Assembly: GCA_050117845.1 (NCBI GenBank)
Contig: JASFLY010000030.1
Span: forward strand, 1-31,538
Direction of reading: 5' to 3'
DNA: 31,538 bases
Origin: Candidatus Zixiibacteriota bacterium
GTDB lineage: Bacteria > RBG-13-66-14 > B26-G2 > WVWN01
Made by a program: the position numbers and the translations under genes. The notes beneath the pieces are model-generated. The model saw only the letters and a program-made list of their open reading frames with translations. It searched no databases and had not been told where the DNA came from. Below are positions 26,636 through 31,538 of this stretch, piece after piece. Position 1 is the stretch's first letter; every line of letters starts with the position of its first letter.

Positions 26636-27511
26636 ATGCGCGACGAACTCGTAGACGTGCTGGGAAGCGGGGCCGTAAGAGAAACGGCCGGCCGCGTCGC
26701 GGCCGAGTTGGCCGACGAGGCCGCGGCCCGGCAACTGGCCGACCTCTGCCGCGAGCGAGGATGGAAGCTGCACCCCTGGGCCGGGACGGCCGACCCGTCG
26801 CCCGGCCTGCCGGACGGCGTCGTCCTCGTTGCGGCCGGGCCGGCGTTGGCCGGCGATTTCACCCTCGCGGCTGAGGATTATTACTGCGAAGCCCCGGCCG
26901 GGATGACGCTGGACGAACTCTCTTCCCGGCTGGCCAATACGCCGCTGTTCCTCCCCTTCGTCGCCCCCGGCTCCGCGGCGATGACCGCGGCCGAGGCCGT
27001 CGCCCGTTACCCTGCGAACGCCTTCGCCCCCGCCTACGGCGAATTCCCGCGCCTCCTCTACGGCCTGACGTTCGTCAACGACGACGGCGACCTGGTCACC
27101 GTGGGCCGCAGGACCATCAAGGGCGTCGCCGGCTACGACGTATCGAAACTCTTTTTGGGGTCGCGGGGCCGGGCGGGCCTTATCGTCCGCTTGCGCTTCC
27201 GTCTTTTCCTCCGGCCCGGTCACGCGGCGTGCTGGCGTGCCGCCGCCGGAAGTGCCCCGGCCGCCGGGGAAGCCGGCGGAAGGGTGTGTCCGGCCGAAAC
27301 CGGCGAAGGCGTACTCTTTTACGCCGACGGCCATCCCACGGACCTCGACTCGGCGGCCGAGCGGCTCCGCGCCACCCATCCCGATTTGCAGGACGTGGCC
27401 GCGGGCCCCGAGGCGGTGGGCTACTTCTCTCGGGCCGCGGCCGGCGAACCGTACGTCCCGGCCGGCGGGGACGGCGGGTCCGACCTTGGCGTCTCCGACC
27501 TTTTCGTCTGA
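26636..27511 (+). CDS. FAD-binding oxidoreductase, GlcE-like (divergent)
   Basis: 'KGVAGYDVSKLFLGSRGRAGLI' and AGMTL motifs of PCMH-type FAD-binding proteins. Confidence 0.75.
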   Translation: MRDELVDVLGSGAVRETAGRVAAELADEAAARQLADLCRERGWKLHPWAGTADPSPGLPDGVVLVAAGPALAGDFTLAAEDYYCEAPAGMTLDELSSRLANTPLFLPFVAPGSAAMTAAEAVARYPANAFAPAYGEFPRLLYGLTFVNDDGDLVTVGRRTIKGVAGYDVSKLFLGSRGRAGLIVRLRFRLFLRPGHAACWRAAAGSAPAAGEAGGRVCPAETGEGVLFYADGHPTDLDSAAERLRATHPDLQDVAAGPEAVGYFSRAAAGEPYVPAGGDGGSDLGVSDLFV

Positions 27512-27518
27512 ATCCGGG

Positions 27519-27545
27519 CGCAACATTTCGGCCCGTTTAACGTAA
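27519..27545 (+). promoter_or_regulatory. ECF-type autoregulatory promoter
   Basis: CGCAAC-N16-CGTAA directly upstream of an ECF sigma gene; fits the AAC...CGT ECF pattern. Confidence 0.65.
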
Positions 27546-27595
27546 TACATGGTGAGGAGGGGCGGGTTTGTTGGACCCGGCCTCGTTTCGCCTTT

Positions 27596-28183
27596 ATGAA
27601 CCCGTCCCTACCGGCAGACGCTATCGACGCCGACGCTGACCTGGCCCGGCGGGCCGCGGCCGGCGACGAGTCGGCGTTCGAGGAACTAGTCAACAAATAC
27701 AGCCGGCCCATTATTGATTACTGCCGGCGGCTGGTCGGCAACCCGGCCGTAGCCGAAGACCTGGCCCAGGAGGCCTTCTTAAAATTCTATCTGGGCCTCT
27801 CCACGTTCGACCCCGCCCGTCCTCTTTCCCCATTTCTATATCGGATAGCACACAATCACTGCCTCGATTGGCTCCGTAAAAAGAAGGTGCCGACGATCCC
27901 CTTGGTGTGGGAAGCCGACGGCGAGGAGTCTCGCGAGGCCGACGCCCCCGACCTAACGCTCGCGCCCGACGAACTCGCCGGCCGCCGCGAGATCCAGGAG
28001 GCCGTCGACGAGGCGCTGGCCTCCCTCCCGCCGACGTACCGGGGGGCTTTAATCATGCGTTTTCGGGAAGGAATGACGTACGAGGACATCGCCGCGGCCC
28101 TCGATTTGCCCCTCGGGACGGTCAAGGCCCGCATCCACCGCGGCCGTGAAAAACTGCAACAAAGGCTCGCCAAATACGTATAA
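27596..28183 (+). CDS. ECF RNA polymerase sigma factor (SigW/RpoE-like)
   Basis: AEDLAQEAF, LYRIAHN region 2; region 4 'YEDIAAALDLPLGTVKARIHRGR'. Confidence 0.95.
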   Translation: MNPSLPADAIDADADLARRAAAGDESAFEELVNKYSRPIIDYCRRLVGNPAVAEDLAQEAFLKFYLGLSTFDPARPLSPFLYRIAHNHCLDWLRKKKVPTIPLVWEADGEESREADAPDLTLAPDELAGRREIQEAVDEALASLPPTYRGALIMRFREGMTYEDIAAALDLPLGTVKARIHRGREKLQQRLAKYV

Positions 28184-28197
28184 AACAGCGGAGTAAT

Positions 28198-28800
28198 ATG
28201 ATGAAGGCCGAATGTTTAAAATTCAAGGAAATGGTACCGGATGCCCTCGACGGCGAATTGACGCCGGCCGGCCGAGAGGAGTTCGACCGGCATCTCGCCG
28301 CCTGCCCGTCCTGTCGCCGCGAGTTCGAGGCGGCCGAACGTACCCTCGCCGTGTTTGCGGCGGTGCCCCGGCCGGAGCCTTCGCCGGCCTTCGTCGCGGG
28401 CGTTATGCTTAAGGCCCGGCGGGCCCGGGCGCGGGCTGCCCGGACGCGCCGCGCGCTGTCGTGGACGACGGCGGGAGCAACGGCCGCCCTGTCCGGCGCT
28501 TTCGTGGTCGGATGGGCGCGTTACTTCAAACCCGCCTTACTCTCCCGCGTTTTAGCGGCCGTAGGCGACGCGGCGGGCGCCGCAATCAACGCCTGGCAAT
28601 TCTTGCGGGCGCTGGTTGCGCCGGCGGCGGCCGTCGGCAAACTGGCGGCCACTCTGGCGTCGGTGGGGTCGTCGTTCTTGGGAGAGGCCCTTCGGGCTTC
28701 CGCTCCTATTTACTTCGGCGCTTTCGCCGCCGTCGCCGTCTTCTACGTAATATGGAGAATCGGGTCGCGCGCTCCGGCGCCGGGGCTATCGACCGTTTAA
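28198..28800 (+). CDS. Zinc-binding (ZAS / zf-HC2) anti-sigma factor
   Basis: LDGEL...HLAACPSC motif followed by TM segments; adjacent to the ECF sigma. Confidence 0.92.
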   Translation: MMKAECLKFKEMVPDALDGELTPAGREEFDRHLAACPSCRREFEAAERTLAVFAAVPRPEPSPAFVAGVMLKARRARARAARTRRALSWTTAGATAALSGAFVVGWARYFKPALLSRVLAAVGDAAGAAINAWQFLRALVAPAAAVGKLAATLASVGSSFLGEALRASAPIYFGAFAAVAVFYVIWRIGSRAPAPGLSTV

Positions 28801-28840
28801 ATTATTTTTGGATTATTCCAATTCGATACAAGGAGATAAG

Positions 28841-30001
28841 ATGATGAAAGCGTTACTCCCGATAACCGTTTTGTGCGCGCTGGCGTACGGCATGATCGCC
28901 GGCCCGCCGGCCGTGGCCCAGGAGCCGGAAACCCCCGAACCCCCCGTTGCCGCCGAGACGGCCGGAATGGAAGTCATACCCGAAAGCGCGGGGACGGCCG
29001 AGACGGCCGCGACCGGTGAAACCGCCCTAGCCGAGGAACCGGGGACCGGCGAAATCGAGCTGGAATTCGGGGAGACCGAGAACGAAGAGCTCAACGAAGT
29101 GGCCTTCGGCCAGAACCTGACCATCGAAGAGGGGGACGTGGTCGAAGGGGACGCCGTGTGCATCGGCGGCGATTTGACCGTTAAAGGAACGGTGGCCGGC
29201 GACGCCGTCTGCGTCGGCGGTAACCTCGTCGTAACGTCGACGGCCGTTATCGGCGGCGACGCGGTGACCGTGGGCGGAACTGCCGACATATCTCCCGACG
29301 CCACGGTCGGCGGGGAGAAGGTGGCGGTGGAAGGTGACGTCCCGGGCCTCAAGCACGTCAAGTGGTTGGGCATCCTGGGCGACGCGGCCTCCGATCTCGG
29401 CGAACGGATTTCGGCCGCGGCCTCCGAAATAGTATTCTTCGGATTTTTGATCCTCGTCGCATTGCTCCTGACGATATTCCTGCCGAAGCAGATCACCCAC
29501 ATCGAGGAGCATTTGACCGGGGCGTTCCCGTACGCGACCCTCATCGGCGTTATTACGCTGATATTCTTCCCGCTGGCGACGATAGTGTTCACGGTGTCGA
29601 TTATCGGTATCCCGCTGGTCCCGCTGATGATACTCGCGCTTCTCGTCTGTCTCTTCGTGGGTTACATCGTCATGGCGCGGATATTGGGGCGGAAGCTCGT
29701 CGGCGACAAGCACGTCATGTACCAGATATTCATCGGCCTCCTTATCCTGCACGGCGCGGCTTTGCTCGGCGACCTCATCGCCCTGCCCGGGGGCATCCTC
29801 GAAACCATCGGGGGTATCTTCACGGGCATCGGTTGGGTGATATTCATCGGCGCCGGCTTCATCGGCCTGGGCGCGGTGGTGCACTCGAAGTTCGGGAAGA
29901 ACTCGCTGGCCGATACTCTGGCCGCGCGCGAGGAGCGCAAGAAGTGGCGCAAGGAACGCCAATCGGGCGGCGCTACTCCGCCGAAACCAACAAGCGAATA
30001 A
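28841..30001 (+). CDS. Membrane protein with bactofilin-like beta-helix repeats and multi-TM C-terminus
   Basis: AAGGAG RBS before ATG 28841; signal peptide, acidic linker, repeats (V/I)-x-G-D-A-V-x-(I/V)-G-G, then several TM helices. Confidence 0.8.
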   Translation: MMKALLPITVLCALAYGMIAGPPAVAQEPETPEPPVAAETAGMEVIPESAGTAETAATGETALAEEPGTGEIELEFGETENEELNEVAFGQNLTIEEGDVVEGDAVCIGGDLTVKGTVAGDAVCVGGNLVVTSTAVIGGDAVTVGGTADISPDATVGGEKVAVEGDVPGLKHVKWLGILGDAASDLGERISAAASEIVFFGFLILVALLLTIFLPKQITHIEEHLTGAFPYATLIGVITLIFFPLATIVFTVSIIGIPLVPLMILALLVCLFVGYIVMARILGRKLVGDKHVMYQIFIGLLILHGAALLGDLIALPGGILETIGGIFTGIGWVIFIGAGFIGLGAVVHSKFGKNSLADTLAAREERKKWRKERQSGGATPPKPTSE

Positions 30002-30042
30002 AGCCGAATAAAGGCAATTACCCTCCTGATAGGTGAAGAGCG

Positions 30043-30072
30043 GGAAAGCCCGGCCGCGAGGCCGGGTTTTCC
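30043..30072 (+). terminator. Intrinsic terminator of the ECF operon
   Basis: AAAGCCCGGCC-gcga-GGCCGGGTTTT. Confidence 0.75.
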
Positions 30073-30083
30073 GTATCTATTTG

Positions 30084-30442
30084 GTGGGGCAGACATTCCC
30101 GTCGTGCCGCGGACATTCCTGTCTGCGAAACGTTGGTGCCGCAGACATTCCTATCGTGGCGCAGACATTCTTGTCTGCGGCTGCCGCGTACGATATATAA
30201 GGTTCGTGCCGGCGTGGTTCGGGCGTCAGTTGGTAACAACTGACGCCACCGTGATATTGAGGGTAGGTAGGGGCGACTGGCCAGTCGCCCCTACGGCGCC
30301 GTCCCGAAGGACGGTGGGTGGCGCAGACATTCTTGTCTGCGGTGGCCGCACCTGAAGGTACGGCCCTACATAAAGGAAACCGGCCGCTTCAGCGGCCGGT
30401 CCGTCACCCGCGCGTACGTTAACCGCCGGCTTCAGCCGGCGG
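30084..30442. repeat. Cluster of REP-like palindromic elements of several families
   Basis: Five copies of GTG(G/C)(G/C)GC(A/G)GACATTC...: 30084, 30104, 30136, 30156, 30318, three with the full (C/T)TGTCTGCG arm; a perfect 28-bp GTAG palindrome at 30267-30294; a minus-strand GTAG element at 30344-30369; further hairpins at 30222-30247, 30379-30400 and 30423-30442. Confidence 0.85.
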
Positions 30443-30446
30443 CATG

Positions 30447-30472
30447 AAAAACCCGGCCGTGCGGCCGGGGTT
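30447..30472 (-). terminator. Intrinsic terminator of the convergent minus-strand gene
   Basis: Minus strand CCGGCC-gcac-GGCCGG followed by GTTTTT. Confidence 0.65.
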
Positions 30473-30491
30473 AGAATCTTCCATTGGGGGG

Positions 30492-31538
30492 TTACGGCGA
30501 GAAGTCGAACTTGTAGGTGAGGGAGGTCTCGCCCGCGGCCGGGCCGAAGCGGCCTCCCCGCGCCGCCGACGTTACCGCGTTCTCCACCGCCGAGTTGCCG
30601 ATGGTGGACGAGACGACGTGGGCGTTCGTGACCCCGCCCTCCGGCGATACCTTGATGCTGACGATGACGTGGCCGGCGAGGCCGGGGTTCTTCCCCAGTT
30701 CGCGGCTGTAGGTCGAGCGCACGCCGCCCATGCCGCCGCTCAGGCCGGAGGTGATGGCGCCGCCGGAGCGCGCCGGGTCCTCGGCGCCGGGTCCTTCGGC
30801 TCGGAGGAGGCCGGCGAGTTTGGCCTTACCCCGGGAGGTGTGCATCTTCTCCTCGGGGACTTCCTCCGCCAGTTCCTCTTTCTCCTTGCGAGCTTTTTCT
30901 ATTTCCTCCGCAATTTCCTCGGCCCGCGCCGTGTCGCCGGCTTTGAGGGCGGCCTCCAGTTGATCGGTCAGAGAGGCGATGCGCTCCTCCAGCTTCGAGA
31001 TTTTCGACAACCGGTCCTGCAGCTCTTGCTGGGGCTTGTAGATGAAGAAATAATAGGAGGGGATCGTAACGGCGAGCAGTACGCCCACGATGATGGCCGA
31101 GATGATTAACGGGAGGCGCCGCCGCCGCTTTATGGTTTTGCCCATGGAAGCGAGTTCGCGTTCCTCCTCCGCCAGGCGTTCCCGTTCGGCGTCGAGGCGT
31201 TCCCGCTCCGAGGCGAGGCGTGTGACCTCGCCGTCTCGTTCATCCTGCGCGGCTTTGAGTTCCTGCTCGTACTGGGCGATGAGGCGTTTGCGTTCCTCCT
31301 CGCGCTCGGCGGCGAGCCGCTTGACCTCCTCGTCGCGCTCGGCTTCCAGCCGTTTGCGCTCCTCTTCCCGCTCGGTCTCAAGCCGCTCAAGTTCCCGCTC
31401 GCGGTCGGAAATGGTGCCTTCAAGGTCGGCCCGAAGTTTCTTCTCCTGGTCCTCGAGGCGCTTGCGTTCCTCGGCCAGGGCGGCGCGTTCCTCGGCGATC
31501 CGTTTTTCCTCTTCGGCCCGGCCGCTGGTGGACAGGAC
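30492..31538 (-). CDS. Coiled-coil, single-TM protein with AgmX/PglI-type TonB-like C-terminal domain (5' end outside window)
   Basis: The frame stays open from 31145 to the window edge (E/R-rich coiled coil), then TM, a short coil, and 'YSRELGKNPGLAGHVIVSIKVSPEGGVTNAHVVSSTIGNSAVE...YKFDF'. Confidence 0.8.
   Translation of the reverse strand, partial: VLSTSGRAEEEKRIAEERAALAEERKRLEDQEKKLRADLEGTISDRERELERLETEREEERKRLEAERDEEVKRLAAEREEERKRLIAQYEQELKAAQDERDGEVTRLASERERLDAERERLAEEERELASMGKTIKRRRRLPLIISAIIVGVLLAVTIPSYYFFIYKPQQELQDRLSKISKLEERIASLTDQLEAALKAGDTARAEEIAEEIEKARKEKEELAEEVPEEKMHTSRGKAKLAGLLRAEGPGAEDPARSGGAITSGLSGGMGGVRSTYSRELGKNPGLAGHVIVSIKVSPEGGVTNAHVVSSTIGNSAVENAVTSAARGGRFGPAAGETSLTYKFDFSP

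Noticed and set aside
2202..29962. Long antisense and alternate-frame ORFs (e.g. 2202-3878, 4325-5629, 10346-11653, 16577-17776, 19359-20603, 24219-25886)
   Set aside because: They overlap well-supported genes, have no recognisable motifs, and are expected shadows of high-GC codon bias.
30084..30341. GCAGACATTC repeats as a CRISPR array
   Set aside because: Spacing is irregular, several copies are truncated or abut each other, there are no uniform unique spacers and no cas genes; REP-like elements fit better.
30018..30355. Small ORFs 30018-30239 and 30104-30355
   Set aside because: They are translations of the palindromic repeats, with no RBS or protein-like features.

Overview
High-GC bacterial window, densely coding and mostly on the + strand. 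I found no rRNA, tRNA, CRISPR array or transposase. Contents in order: (i) envelope and housekeeping genes (two GT4 glycosyltransferases, endonuclease III, a membrane-fused spermidine-synthase-like protein, a CapK/PaaK-like ligase, an NlpC/P60 hydrolase). (ii) A four-gene unit bounded by a promoter and a terminator: an orphan class I fumarate hydratase beta subunit, a Tat-exported NHL protein, a CxxCxC membrane protein, and a transporter-like membrane protein with four symmetry-related cysteines. (iii) A B12 radical SAM enzyme, an ICMT-like methyltransferase, a degenerate spermidine-synthase-like protein, two TPR proteins, and an uncalled 50-aa membrane protein that copies the transporter's C-terminal hairpin. 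(iv) A redox cluster: three membrane-anchored 2x[4Fe-4S] proteins (one with a flavinylation domain), a 7-heme NapC-like cytochrome c and an SdhB/TfrB-like Fe-S protein, interleaved with two unrelated secreted proteins sharing the C-terminal motif VEPASLGR(V/I)K(A/S)L(F/Y)R. (v) DedA, PseG-like and GlcE-like genes, an ECF sigma/anti-sigma operon, a dense REP-like hairpin field, and a coiled-coil/TonB-like gene cut by the window edge. The best novelty candidates are a putative transmembrane redox system built around the four-Cys transporter-like protein and a putative C-terminal protein-sorting signal. All family calls come from reading motifs by eye; no searches were run.
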